This document shows positions 11,527 to 24,329 of a stretch of DNA of 64,000 bases, one piece after another. This DNA comes from Raja brachyura (lineage: Eukaryota): the NCBI GenBank assembly GCA_963514005.1, contig OY740787.1, forward strand, positions 70,866,001 through 70,930,000. Direction: 5' to 3'. The stretch's first letter is position 1; every line of letters begins with the position of its first letter. The position numbers and the translations under genes are program-made. The notes beneath the pieces are model-generated. The model ran no database searches. It worked only from the letters and a program-made list of their open reading frames with translations, and was not told the origin of the DNA.

Positions 11527-11682
11527 TACATTCAACAGATAACACACGAATGGAGCTAATTATTCCTGGAGAACAACATTTCTATGTCAAATCAGTCAAT
11601 GCTGCTGAGAGGCAGAGATGGTTGGTGGCACTAGGCAGTTCGAAAGCATGTCTTGCAGATACAAGGACTAAAAAAGAAAAAG
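11527..11682 (+). CDS. PLEKHA3: PLEKHA3 exon 3
   Basis: [52 protein letters not shown]; AG/GT. Confidence 0.95.
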
Positions 11683-12400
11683 GTAACATTAAATACAAGC
11701 AGGATAAAAACATACATAAAGTAAATTCAAAGCTACCTGCTGTAACTTTATTTGATGAACTTATATTAATAATTGAGCAATAAGCAAAGTGGTGGAGGAG
11801 TCATCGAGTCAGGCAGCATTTATGGAAGAAAGTGGACAGATGACATATTGGTTCAGGACTCTTCTTCATACTCGTATAGTCATAGAGTCATACGCCGTGG
11901 AAACAAGCTCTTGGGGCCAATTTGCCCACGCGCCTCATCTTCATTAGTTTCACCTGCCTGCTTTTGGCCCATATCCATCCAAACCTGTCCAATCCATGTA
12001 CCTACCCAAATATTTTTTAAATGTTGTGATACTCCAGACAGTTTTAAGAAGAGTTGCAACCTAAGACGTTGTCTGTCCACTTCCCTCCACAGATGCTGCC
12101 TAGCATGCTGAGTTCCTCCAGCACTTTACTTGTTGCTCAAGAAAGTAAATACAATTCTTAACAACCCTGTTGGTAAACAGTAAAAAATATTAATTGCACT
12201 CTAACTGTAAAATAATTAATTTATAAATTATACATGGTTTGCAAAATATAACAAATACATTGTCAGCCTAATACTGGTGTTGGTCTATGTCAGATTATTC
12301 GGCGGGTCTTGCTCATAATTAACTATGTCGACGAATTTTGGTGTATAAATACGTTTCACTATTTCATTCGTTCATATTGTGTATTATTTTAATTCTGCAG

Positions 12401-12537
12401 AAATCAATGAGACCATTGAATCTCTCAGAACTAAGATGTCCGAACTCCGGTTGTATTGTGACTTGCTAATGCAACAAGTTCATACAATACACGAGTCTGT
12501 TAAACAGGATCAGCCAGGTTTGACGCCACCTGCTGAG
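12401..12537 (+). CDS. PLEKHA3: PLEKHA3 exon 4
   Basis: [30 protein letters not shown]...PPAE; AG/GT. Confidence 0.95.
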
Positions 12538-12799
12538 GTATGGTATCAGAATATATATATAGAATATATGTATTTGTATGTATTTATTATTATTTATAGC
12601 TAGTATCTGATGGTTAGAAGATCCTAAATACAAATTAAAACGTGTGTGCAGTCTGGCAATTCTCTCTGCTTTAACTAGACTGAGTGACTTATAAAAATGC
12701 ATTGAAATTACAATGGTACCAGACTATCTCTTGCACCCAAGAAAATTGTGTTCATTCACCCAATGCCAATATTCCTATGTTCGTCCATCCAATTTAATC

Positions 12800-13125
12800 A
12801 TAGTCATAGTGTGGAAACAGGCCCACACTGGCCAGCAATGTCCCAGCTACACTAGTCCCACCTGCCTGAACTTGGTCCATATCCCTCCAAACCTGTCCTA
12901 TCCATGTACCTGTCCAACTGTTTCTTAAATGATGGGATAGTCCCAGCCTCAACTACCTCCTCTGGTAGCTTGTTCCATATACCCGCCACCCATTGAGTGA
13001 AAAAGTTACCCTTCGGATTCCTATTAAATCTTTTCCCCTTTACCTGAACCTATGTCCTCGATTCCCCTACTCTTGGCAAGAGACTGTGCAAGAGACCCGT
13101 TCTATTCCTCTCATGATTTTGTACA
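12800..13125 (-). mobile_element. CR1-like LINE 3' fragment
   Basis: tggaaacaggccc...ccagcctcaactacctcctctgg; reverse complement resembles 32690-32990. Confidence 0.7.
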
Positions 13126-13418
13126 CTGAGTAACGACATTGTTAAGATTTTTGGTAACCTCTGTGTAACATGGAAAAGTGTAGACTGATCTCTGTTTAGC
13201 TGAGTATGATATTTTTTTCTGGCTAATTGTTCTTTTATGTATTATACCTTTTGGTACTAATTAATTTTCCAAAATGAAGTAGTGTTGACTCATATTTGTT
13301 AATTTACTGGCTTGGAACCTGTAGCTATCTAAGGGGTGGTTCTTTTAATCTGCTAGTATTTTGAGAAATTCATTAATCCCAATTGTGTATCTAAAATGAA
13401 TGTATTTTTGTTTCTTAG

Positions 13419-13583
13419 AATATGAATGAAGCCTCTTCTTTGCTCAGTGCCACGTGTAATACCTTCATTACAACTCTTGAAGAGTGTATGAAAATAGCCA
13501 ATGCCAAGTTTAAGCCAGAAATGTTCCAGTTTACTCACTCCGATCCACTTGTCTCTCCTGTATCACCATCACCAGTTCAGATG
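13419..13583 (+). CDS. PLEKHA3: PLEKHA3 exon 5
   Basis: [37 protein letters not shown]...SPVQM; donor after 13583 or 13589. Confidence 0.92.
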
Positions 13584-13779
13584 GTTCGGGTATGGTATTA
13601 TTAAGAGGAACAAATATACATTTATTCCTCTATATGTTAATGTTTCTGCAATTTTTTTGCTGCTATTATTTTCTTGTGTAATGTTTAATTGTCATTTTGT
13701 TCCCTCTTGATACAAGATGAATTGTGATGCAAGTTTAATTTAGATGTTTTGTAAGTTGGTAACTTTTTCAATATTGCAG

Positions 13780-13823
13780 ATGAAACGATCAATTAGTCAT
13801 CCTGGTACCATTCTTTATGATGG
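13780..13823 (+). CDS. PLEKHA3: PLEKHA3 exon 6
   Basis: MKRSISHPGTILYD-G; CAG acceptor, GG|GTAAG donor; 44 bp. Confidence 0.9.
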
Positions 13824-14685
13824 GTAAGAGAAAGGAGTTTTGTTGTTGGTTATTAATACAAATTATATTGGTAATTGCCTGGAACGTGATAAAAAATATT
13901 TGTGCCAGAAGCAGATGGTGCTTTTGCAAACATGGAAAGGCTGGACAAGCATACAGTTAAGATGAGAAAAGGGAAATATGCTAACAAATTTGGATGAGGA
14001 GAGGCTAAAAGAGTCTATAGCTCAAACTGCCATGGACAAGTTGGACCCAATGGCCTGTTTCAGCACCATATATTCCCTGTAATTATTTAATGATGAGATC
14101 ATTTGATTACATAATTATCCTGCCCAGGTATTCATGTTGCTCTGGGGATATGAAAGGAGATGTCTGGGCATTTAGAGGATTGAGGATGTTGTTGTTAGGG
14201 TAGGAATCGGTGGCGGTGGTGGTAATTAGGTAGATGTTTAAGAACACAAAACCTTTCCTGGCATGGATATATGGATAATTGGTAAATCTCAAAAGGGTTG
14301 TGTAAAAGAAGAAAGAAAGTGCAAGATTTATCTGGCTTAACATTTTGATCAGTATTGTCACAACTTTGTACAAGTAAACTTGCTTTTGAATGTACTGGTG
14401 ATTGTCATTTCTCATAGTATTTAATTATTCAGCATGACTGCATAATAGCATAGTATTAGTTAATGCCAGTATATTGCCTTCCTTCACCTGTGAAGAAAAT
14501 GAATACTGTGATAATGCTATAAATGTTAATACTAAATTCGAATCAAATTAATCCATCTTATTCACGTAACTTCTGGTTTGCGTTTTACAATTATTTGGCT
14601 ATCAGAGCACTGTCTTTTTAGTACCTTACATCTTGATTTGTGTCTGATCTTATTCTTGGTTAAGTTTAAATTTTGCATTTAGCAG

Positions 14686-14810
14686 GAAACTAGACACTCC
14701 TCACCAAAAGGAAATGCTTATTGCAACATTACGGCCTAAAGTGCACAGGAGAATACGGACGTATTCAGATACTGAATCATACAACGATGGTGCTCTGGAT
14801 GACCCAGAAA
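14686..14810 (+). CDS. PLEKHA3: PLEKHA3 exon 7
   Basis: ...HRRIRTYSDTESYNDGALDDPE; TAGCAG tandem acceptor (start 14683 or 14686); donor A|GTAAGC. Confidence 0.88.
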
Positions 14811-15059
14811 GTAAGCATTGAAATAGATTCTGCCGATACATGTGTGTAGTTGCAAAAATGGATTTGATGTCATTCTTAGTACATAAAAAAATTATGAATG
14901 AAAATTTGAGGCCCAATGTAAAACAATATTTCTCTTCACCCTCTCCTGCCACTACTGATTTGTTTTGATACCCATTTTAGATGTATTTTGCCTTTATGAA
15001 GTGCTTTGGGACATTTGTCTACATTATAGTTATCAATAGATTTATGAGCTTTGTAATTT

Positions 15060-15344
15060 AGTTTAGTTTATTATTGTCACATGCACTGAGGTACAGTGAA
15101 AAGCTTGTTGTTGCATGCTAGCCAGTCAGCAAAAAGACTACACATGATTACATTCAAACTGTCCATCATGTACAGATACAGGACGAAGGGAATAACGTTT
15201 AATGCAAGATAAAGTACGATTAAAGATAGTCCGGTCTCTAATGCGGTTGTTGGTTGGTCAGGACTGCACTCTATTTGATGATAGGATGGTACAGTTGACT
15301 GATAACAGCATGCAAGAAACTGTCCCTGAATCTGGAGGTGTGCA
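15060..15344 (-). mobile_element. Rex1/Babar-like LINE 3' end (continues at 16245-16512)
   Basis: (tttag) tail + tttattattgtcac...aagaaactgtccctgaatctggaggtgtgc. Confidence 0.65.
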
Positions 15345-16240
15345 CCTCCACTCGCCACATCTTCCCATCTCCCCCACTGTCTGCCTTCCGCAAAGACCGC
15401 TCCCTCCGCAACTCCCTTGTCAATTCTTCCCTTCCCTCCCGCTCCACCCCTTCCCCGGGCACTTTCCCTTGCAACCGCAAGAGATGCTACACTTGTCCCT
15501 TCACCTCCCCCCATCCACTCCTTTCAGGGACCCAAGCAGTCATTCCAAGTCCGACAGAGGTTCACCTGCACCTCCTCCAACCTCATCTACTGCATCCGTT
15601 GCTCCAGATGCCAGCTGATCTACATCGGTGAGACCAAGCGGAGGCTGGGCGATCGTTTCGCCGAACACCTACGCTCGGTCCGCAATAACCAACCCCCCCT
15701 CCCGGTGGCTCAGCACTTCAACTTCCCCTCCCATTCCGTATCCGACCTCTCGGTCCTGGGCCTCCTCCACGGCCAGAGTGAGCAACACCGCAAGTTGGAG
15801 GAACAGCACCTCATATTCCGCTTGGGGAGTCTGCATCCTCTGGGCTTAAACATTGAATTTTCTCAATTCTGTTAACCCTTGCTGTCTCCTCCCCCTCCCC
15901 ACCTCTCCCTTAGCCTTCGGGCCCTAACATTCCTTCTCCATCTCCCCCCCCACCCCACCCAAGTCGCACTAGCTTCTCATTTTCACACTACAAACAGCTT
16001 ACAATGGGCTGTTTCCTTTATCTTCAATACTTTTTTGCATATCTTTCATTCATTGTTCTTTATCTCTCCACATCACTGTCTATATCTCCCGTTTCCCTGA
16101 TACCCTGACCAGTCTGAAGATGGGTCTCGACCCGAAACGTCGCCTGTCTCCTTCGCTCCTTAGATGCTGCTGCACCCGCTGAGTTTCTCTAGCTTTTTGT
16201 GTAACCCTCGATTCTCCAGCATCTGCAGTTCCTTCTTTAA
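15345..16240 (+). mobile_element. Penelope-like retroelement 3' portion: GIY-YIG endonuclease and terminal repeat
   Basis: ORF FTCTSSNLIYCIRCSRCQLIYIGETKRRLGDRFAEH...HFN...LEEQHLIFRLGSLHPLGLN (LIY...YIG); upstream Cys motif PCNRKRCYTC; hammerhead motif in tail. Confidence 0.9.
16114..16141 (+). ncRNA. Minimal type I hammerhead ribozyme core
   Basis: CUGAAGA-U-GGGUC-UC-GACCC-GAAAC-GUC; possible stem I GACCAGU/GCCUGUC with 2x2 mismatch. Confidence 0.65.
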
Positions 16241-16244
16241 CATT

Positions 16245-16512
16245 TTCATAATTATTATCACTTGCCTGATGGGAGAGGGGAGGAGAGGGGGTGACCGGGC
16301 TGATATCCGTCCGTGATTATTCTGGTGCCCTTGCCAAGGCAGCGTGAAGTGTAGGGAGGTTGCTTTGTGTGAAGGTCTGGGCTACTTTCACAACTCGGCA
16401 ATTTCCTGCGATCTTGGATGAAGCCATTCTCAACCCATATTGTGATGCATCCTGATAAAATGCTTTCAACGGCACATCTGTAGAAGCTGGTGAGAGTTGT
16501 TGGGGACATGCT
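16245..16512 (-). mobile_element. Rex1/Babar-like LINE ORF2 C-terminal fragment
   Basis: MSPTTLTSFYRCAVESILSGCIT...HPLSSPLPSG, homologous to 28568-28855. Confidence 0.8.
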
Positions 16513-16749
16513 GAAAGTTCTATGCCTAAATATGTGAGTGGAACAATGTAAATGTTACTACCCAGATTGCTGATTGGGATAGTTGCTATGAACCACCATG
16601 GCACCTACACTAAAGAAGAAGGATAATGACTTGGGCTATTTTGGGAGCACCACAGTGGCACATCAAAATGCTCTGGCATTTATTTCCCACCTCTGGTGCT
16701 GTCTGTGGAATATGCAAAGTTACTTGAAAAGCTGAAGTGCCCTTTTCTG

Positions 16750-17150
16750 TGATGTACAATTCTATCATGTAATGCACCCATTTCTGCCTGTCCCCTCTGT
16801 TTCACCCCCTTCCTCCCCACCCCAATCCCCTTCCACATATTATTTCCACTAGCCTTTTATTTCACACTTCTATCCTTATCTGGACTCGCACTTGTTAACT
16901 TTTCATCTCTGGCCTGTCCAAATCTACCATTCAAAACTCTCCTCTCACCTGTATCCACACATCACTTGCCAGACTTTGTCCCACCCCTCTATTCCAGCTT
17001 TCTTCGTCCCTCCAATAATTCGTCTGAAGAAGGGTCAGACCCGAAACGTCGCCTAGCAGTATTTTCCGGAGATGCTACCTGACTAGCTGAGTTACTCCAG
17101 CACTTTGTCTTATTATTTTAAACAAGCATCTGCAATCCCATGTGTCTCTG
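16750..17150 (+). mobile_element. Penelope-like terminal-repeat fragment
   Basis: Pyrimidine-rich tail + hammerhead motif + gatgctacctgactagctgagttactccagca. Confidence 0.7.
17024..17050 (+). ncRNA. Minimal hammerhead ribozyme core
   Basis: CUGAAGA-A-GGGUCAGACCC-GAAAC-GUC. Confidence 0.55.
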
Positions 17151-17330
17151 TGATTCTTATGTTTGTGTCAAATGTATATCCTTGACTTTAAACATTAAGT
17201 TACATTTAAATTTAAACGTTAAGTTGAGATCTTTAAAATCTGTGGACTGAAACAGTTTTTATGAGTAAAAATATATATATATATATATTGGTCCTAAAAT
17301 TGTAAATGAATTGTTATGATTCTTACAGAG

Positions 17331-17464
17331 ATTGCTTAAATTTCTCGAAATTCTTTATTGACTGCAATGGTGAATTTCCTCCAATGACCATTCCGGAAGA
17401 AAATGCTGCAATATCAAAGAAGAAAACCGGGACAGAGGGTCCTTTTGTTGCACTTTCAAGTTGA
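17331..17464 (+). CDS. PLEKHA3: PLEKHA3 exon 8 (terminal; acceptor uncertain, 17329 or 17331)
   Basis: ...NGEFPPMTIPEENAAISKKKTGTEGPFVALSS* resembles recalled human C-terminus NGDLASATIPEE...SFSS*. Confidence 0.75.
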
Positions 17465-18248
17465 ATATCTGAATTTAAATGGATTTAAAATATGATCACT
17501 CTGCTAATATTGCTATGCAATTACTGCTAGCATTTAGATATTGCAACAAGAGGGAAATGGTTTCCCAGTTAAATGGTTTTCCCTGCACTTTACAATACAA
17601 CATCAAGTCGGAAAACCTGAGAAGCTTACCCAACCTTATTTCTATTATATATTTTCAGTAAGTTACAACTGTAGTTTCTACAGTATTGTGTAATAAACCC
17701 ACTGAGGATCAGTGATCATCTGATTTCAGAACTTTGCCATACAGAGCAATGGTACCATTGAGTTAATAACAACTGTGAAGCTTCAGTGGATAAATAAGGA
17801 CGCAACACATGACTAAAGACAGCATTGCCGGAGTGTGTACTTTGGGGACTGCTGGCCAGGAGAGACTTGATAGAAGGAGTTAAGTCCTTGGGGCTGTACA
17901 AATTCACTGTATGTACCTGTGTATCCTTGGACAATTAGCATTCAGGAGGAATTGCAGTTGGATGTTGTTTCTATTTTCACCTTTTATTTGACTTTGTAGC
18001 TAGTATATGTTGAATGAAACCTGTTATGTTTATGAACACTGAGTACTGTTGTAGGATGAGGTTTGGATTGAGCTTCATTTTTTTTAGTAGCAGACAATTA
18101 GTACTGGTTATACCAGAACTCATAGGTGTAGAAGCAGTTTCTGAAACAAAGTTAAAACTATTGTGCTCTGCATTACCTTTTTGAAAGAGAAATGAGTGGA
18201 TTCTATCCACTTAAATATTAAAGGAATGAAAAGGCGTATTTTCTATTC

Positions 18249-18268
18249 AATAAAAACACATCAATAAA
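18249..18268 (+). terminator. Candidate PLEKHA3 polyadenylation signals
   Basis: AATAAA at 18249-18254 and 18263-18268 (another at 17692-17697); usage unknown. Confidence 0.35.
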
Positions 18269-21200
18269 ATACAATAGTGACCCAGGTATAATTGTAACTG
18301 GCAACTATAGAAAATAAATTACTTTTTTATATGACCATCTTCATTTGAGGTAAAGGGAAAAGTTTTTAATTTGAGTTGAAACCTTCAATGGTGTAATTGG
18401 CTAATATGGCAAGCAAAAGTTATTTGGTTTAAATAGTTAAAAATAAACATTTTTGTAACTCTCTTAAACCAGCTATTTCCAGTCTATTTGCAGAAATTTA
18501 ACCTGTTGTGCAATGGAAGAGATTGCAGAGCTCTGGTGTTTCCTTATCACATGCCATATTTAAGCAGAGGTCTGAAATAAAGCCAGAATAGTGATTTGTA
18601 ACTCACACAAATTTGTTACCTGGATTTAAATTAGATGACCGGAAAAAGGATAATTTGTCCCACTTTTTCCTAAATGTTACGCATTTATATAATAATTCAA
18701 TATCAATCATCAGTTAAAATCTTTTCAATCCCAATTACTTTTGTTGCTCTTATTTACACGCTGGGTATGCTGTCAATGCAATTTATTTAGCAATCTGTTT
18801 CTTCCAATATAAACAACATGATTACAACAAAGGGTGGAATTATATTACTTTAACACATTTAGTAGAAACAGTTGTGGTGTTAAACTTTGTTTTACTGCGT
18901 ATTAAACTTAACAACATTCCAGTGTTTTTAGACTCCATTCTCCAAAATGCCATTGTTTTAAATGAAAAATATTTAAGTTTGCGATGTATGCGTGTTTTTC
19001 TAATAATAGACAATGTGTTGTGATGATTTCATAATTCCTAAAAACGACATCAGACATTTTAGTGTTCTAAACATAGATTCATTGATGTGCAGGGTATACA
19101 CAGCACTTTAATGTCCAAAAACCCAAGGCCTAGTCTAAGAGGAGAACATCTAAATTTTCGTCCCCCAAACCAGCCTTTAAAGATAGAATAGTATTAAGCA
19201 AATAAAAGTGTCAACATACCAGTAAATAATGGAATTAATGATACCAAGTGAGAAAGAGTAATTTAATGCTATTAACTATGCTATCAATTTGTTCTTTTGT
19301 GAATATTAAATGCTGTGAATATTAAGAGTTTGCATGCAGAATTTGTAAAATGGACAGATTTATATCATGCATTTTTGTTTTCAACAAGGCCATAGCTTCA
19401 GGCATTCAAGCTTAAAATTCATGATGTTCTAGTTTAGCTGATAACTGGAAGCCTCCAGTTTGTGAACTGCCTGGTCTCTGCTGGAGCACCAATAACAACT
19501 TTGAACTTTGGTACCCTGGGTCTCAGGAGAGGAAAATCCAACCAGAATTTCAATTACCATCTCTTTTCAACTTTGCCATCCTCTTAGGGTATGTTTTCAG
19601 ATGTCTGTGAAGATGGAATTATGTGACTTCCCCATTCCAGTCAACCGCCACACCTTTTTTTGTATCCATTGAGGTTTGTTAATATTGCTCTGGCGTTTTG
19701 CATGAATAACAGGCCCCTTGGATAAAAATTGAATCCAGAGCTGAGCAGCACAAATTAAAGCTGGAAAGGAGGGAAGACAATTTCCCACTTAATTGTGTCT
19801 TAAACATGTAGCACTAAGTTTTATTAGTGATTTTCTTCCGCTGTTATAAATTACAATGAAATAAAATTGTTCACTTTTCAAATTTTTATGCTTTTCAGTA
19901 ATTAACTATAATAGTTTAAATGTTAATACATTCACATCTAGAGAATATAATTGCTTTTAGAGCAGATATTTTGAAGTATTATAATCCAAATTGGGTATTG
20001 TGGAGCCATTAAGATATCCGCATGATTGATTTATAATGTCATGTATAAAATGTGAATTTTGCTCTCGGTCAATGTAAATAACTATTGGGGAAAGGACTGC
20101 TTTGATTACTGTTTTCAGGATGTCCTTCAGGATTTGCTGGTTCGATGTGTGAAATGGCCTGCTTTTTCTCGATGACGGCTTTTATAAAGAAATTAAATTG
20201 TTCTGAAAATATGTTGATCTAGATTAATATTTAAATATTAGTGAGAAAATAACAGAGAACTACACTCCCATCAGAACCTAATAGATCAAGTTAAGTCAAA
20301 TTTATTGTCATGCACGAGTACGTTAGGGTCAGGACAAGAACATTTGGATTGCAGCAACATCGCAGGCAGATGGACTCAGACAAACACACAAAAAAAATTG
20401 CAAATATTTCTAAAAATGACAATGCAAAAAAAACTGCACAATGTTAGATCTTTGCTTTTAATTGTGAATATTATGAAACTAATGTAACATTGGAAGTACA
20501 CCAACCTGCTATCATGGCATTCAGTTATGTTAATTTTGATTACACCAACAATTCAAATCTAATAGAATCTGAAGAGAATATTGAATTTGCAGGATGATGG
20601 AAGTAAGACATAGAGATCCAGTAATGGAATGGATGAAATTTGAGCTGTGATTAAGCTTGCATTATTTTGGTAGATTAGAAATGTTGGTGTACTGATTTTG
20701 CTCATCATCTTTTCAGTTGCTTTTTACAAAGTTACTGAAATAACATGTAATTCCTACTTATTTCATTTTACATTTCCTCCTGTTGTATAACTTTAGAACG
20801 TTTTTTCTCATACTGATATTTACCACGCATAGAACAGTTTGTATTATTGAATGTCACTTATAGTATGATTTTGTTAGAAAGATATGACTAACAAGTTTTC
20901 TAAAAGCCAGATTCTCTTTTTGAGGCTCTTTCATGATGTCTTTGAGTAGTTGTGTTGAAATTACCTCCCCAAGCCATTATTGAATAATTGCCCTGCTGAA
21001 TGAATTCTAGTCATAAATTACTTAATCTTTACAAGTAAACTTTTAATCTACAGAGTTTTTTGAAAGACCCTTTCCCATTTTCTGAGCTTGTGGAAAATTA
21101 CATATGTAATAATACTGAGCCAAATTAACCCCTTCAAAATTTTAGTATTGTTCTGGCCTAGGTTTGAATTTATATGTTGATTCTAATTAAATCATGATGT

Positions 21201-21444
21201 GGCAATGAGTGGAGTTTAACAAATGTAGAAAATATCATAAATCCTTCTCTTCCATTCTGAATTACATGGTATTATACAATATCTGCTTTGTGGTAAAATG
21301 GTTAAAACTTTCAACCAAACACTGCTTACGTATTGCTTTTTGAGAAGTTATATTCAACCAAAGCAGCACAACCCCAGCCTGGGAACCGTTTTGTCTGCCC
21401 AAACCATTTTCTTAAGTCTGAGAAAATACAAGATAGTTATAAAT

Positions 21445-22425
21445 CTGAGATAGACAATAGGTGCAGGAGTAGGCCACTGGCTGATCATCCCCAATCAGTA
21501 CCCCGTTCCTGCCTTCTCCGCTATTTTTAAGAGCCCTATCTAGCTCTCTCTTGAAAGTATCCAGATAACCTGCCTCCACCGCCCTCGGAGGCAGAGAATT
21601 CCATAGACTGACCACTCTCGAAGAGAAAAAGTGTTACCTCATCTCCGTTCTAAATGGCTTACTCCTTATTCTTAAAAGTGTGGCCCCTGGTTCTGGACTC
21701 CCCCAACATCGGGAAGATGTTTCCTGCCTCTAATATGTCCAAGCCCTTAACAATCTTATATGTTTCAATGAGATCCCCTCTCATTCTTCTAAACTTCAGA
21801 GTGTACAAGCCCAGCTGCTCCATTCTCTCAGCATATGACAGTCCCGCCATCCCGGGAATTAACCTTGGAAACCTACGCTGCACTCCCTCAATAGCAAGAA
21901 TGTCCTTCCTCAAATTAGGGGACCAAAACTGCACACGATACTCCAGGTGTGGTCTCACTAGGGCTCTGTGCAACTGCAGAAGGACCTCTTTGCTCCTATA
22001 TTCGATTCCTCTTGTTATAAAGGCCATGCCATTTACTTTGAAGAAGCATCTGAAAAATCTGCCATCTGAAGAAGGGTTTTGGCCCGAAACGTTGCCTATC
22101 TCCTTCGCTCCATAGATGCTGCTGCACCCGCTGAGTTTCTCCAGCATTTTGTGTACCCATGCCATTTGCTTTCTTCACTGCCGCTGTACCTGCATGGTTA
22201 CTTTCATAGACTGATGTACAAGGACCCCCAGATCCCGTTGTACTTCCCTTTTTCCCAACTTGACGCCATTTAGATAGTAATCTGCCGTCCTGTTTTTGCT
22301 ACCAAAGTGGATAACCTCACATTTATCCGCATTAAACTTCATCTGCCCACTCCCCCAACCTGTCCAAGTCACCTTGCATTCTCATAGCATCCTCCTCACA
22401 GTTCACACTGCCACCCAGCTTTGCT
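21445..22425 (-). mobile_element. CR1/HER1-like LINE 3' part, interrupted by a Penelope terminal-repeat fragment (~22035-22158)
   Basis: ORFs QMKFNADKCEVIHFG, ALVRPHLEYRVQFWSP, RRMRGDLIETYKI, VSLWNSLP. Confidence 0.9.
22066..22093 (+). ncRNA. Hammerhead ribozyme-like core
   Basis: CUGAAGA-A-GGGUU-UU-GGCCC-GAAAC-GUU. Confidence 0.5.
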
Positions 22426-22769
22426 ACTAAAAAATGTAGTAATACTCTTGGAAGTGATCAAATTTTGATGTAGATCTATTCATATTAAAAGAAAGTCTAC
22501 ATAAAGGATGTAGAGATTCTTATATGTTATAACATTTTAATTCAACTTTTCAACTGCAGCTCCCTTCAATGATCAACTGGCACACATTGACTAGCCATTG
22601 ATTCTATCTATTATTGGAATACTACTAATTGCAGTTGTTAACTGAGTTGCACTGTAGATCTGTGAATGCATGATCATTGATTAAATTTGATAACTTCTGT
22701 GCTCCCAAACAATAACAAGCAGTTTATTCTGGCCGTTGGAGCAAAAACACTATTCAGATGATTTTTTTA

Positions 22770-22971
22770 AGAAAGAACTTCAGATGCTGGAAAAATCGAA
22801 GGCAGATAAAAAAGCTGGAGAAACTCAGCCGGTGAGGCAGCATCTATGGAGCGAAGGAATAGGTGATGTTTCGGGTCGAGACCCTTCATCAGACTGAAAC
22901 GAAACGTCGCCTATTCCTTTGCACCATTGATGCTGCCTCACCCGCAGAGTTTCTCCAGCGTTTTTGTCTAC
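22770..22971. mobile_element. Inverted-repeat Penelope terminal-repeat element with hammerhead core (minus, 22865-22892)
   Basis: Arms ~22802-22873 and ~22900-22971 are reverse complements; CUGAUGA-A-GGGUC-UC-GACCC-GAAAC-AUC on minus strand. Confidence 0.75.
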
Positions 22972-23639
22972 ATTCAGATGAATTTGGTAATTGTTTCTTT
23001 TATAGCTAAAGGCAAAAAAACTTGCATTTTATGTATGTATGAAGGAATATTTTAATAGAATAGTAGTTTTAATTGTCCACTACACTGAACCATATAATTA
23101 AAAACTTTCTTTTGTTGCCTTCTTGTTACTTGCCTTGTCCTAATAGTTCTCCTGGTCACTGATGGGAGTTTGAATGGAATAATAATGGCATGCTAGGTGT
23201 GAGGGCATGTCTGGAACCTGGAGGTCATCGTTTCAAAAAGCCAGTTAGAACAGAGATGAGATAAAACTACTCACTCAGTATCGAATCATTGGAATTTTCA
23301 ACCCAAGGGTCTTCGTCAAAGTATATTCAAGGCAAAGCACAATAGATTTTTATATTTCAAGGAATTCAAGCAATTTAGTGAATTCAAGCATTTCCAGTTT
23401 CACAGGAAAGTTGCTAAAGGGAAATTTCAACCATGACTGGGAATGTAGACATAAGGAGCTAAATGTCCTTTTGCTTCAATTTCTTGTGCTCCATGATATA
23501 AGAAACAGCAGTGTGATGCCAGTGACTGTTTCCTCTGCAACTCTGTGGTTAATTTGCCCCCCTCCCACCCACACTACCACATTCCTAGGTACTTTCCCTG
23601 CAAGCACATTTGTAACACCTTTCATAGTAATTCAGTGCT

Positions 23640-24190
23640 GAAACATTGCCTTTGGCCCAAATTACCCACACCGACGAACTCTTGTGTAAAAAAAGTTGCC
23701 ATCACGGTTTCTTTTAAGAACCCCTCTTCCCCCATTACCCTAAACCTCTGTCCTCTTGTTCTCGATTCCCTTACTCTGGGTAAAATACTGCATTTACCCT
23801 ATCTTCCTTGTGGGATCTTCCCTCATCCTCTTGCACTCGAAGGAATAAAGTCCTAGCCCGTTCAATCTCTCCCTATAAGCTCAGCCCCCCCCCCCCCCCC
23901 CCCCCCCGAGTCTTGGCAACATCCTTGTAAATCATTTCTGTCGCCTTTCCAGCTTAACATCTTTCCTATAACCGGGTGACCAAAACTGAACACAATACTC
24001 TAAATGTGGCATCACTAATACTAATACAACAACTGCAACATAACCTTCCAACTTCTATATTCAATACTTTAATGAAGGCCAATGTGCCAAAAAACTTTGA
24101 CCACCCTATCTATTTGTGACGCCACTTTCAAGGAACTATGTACCTGCACTAGACAACTGCTCTACAATACTTCCCCAGAGCATTGTCATT
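23640..24190 (-). mobile_element. CR1-like LINE fragment
   Basis: gaccaaaactgaacacaatactc (QFWSP region, reverse) and tail similar to 12990-13120. Confidence 0.7.
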
Positions 24191-24329
24191 CAGAGCATCA
24201 GAGGTTATGGGGAGAAGGCCGTAGAATGGGGTTAGGAGGGACATGTTTGAATGGCAGATTAGACTTGATGGGCCAAATGGCCTAATTCTGCTCCTGTCAC
24301 ATGATCTTATGAATCACTGTGTAATGCCC

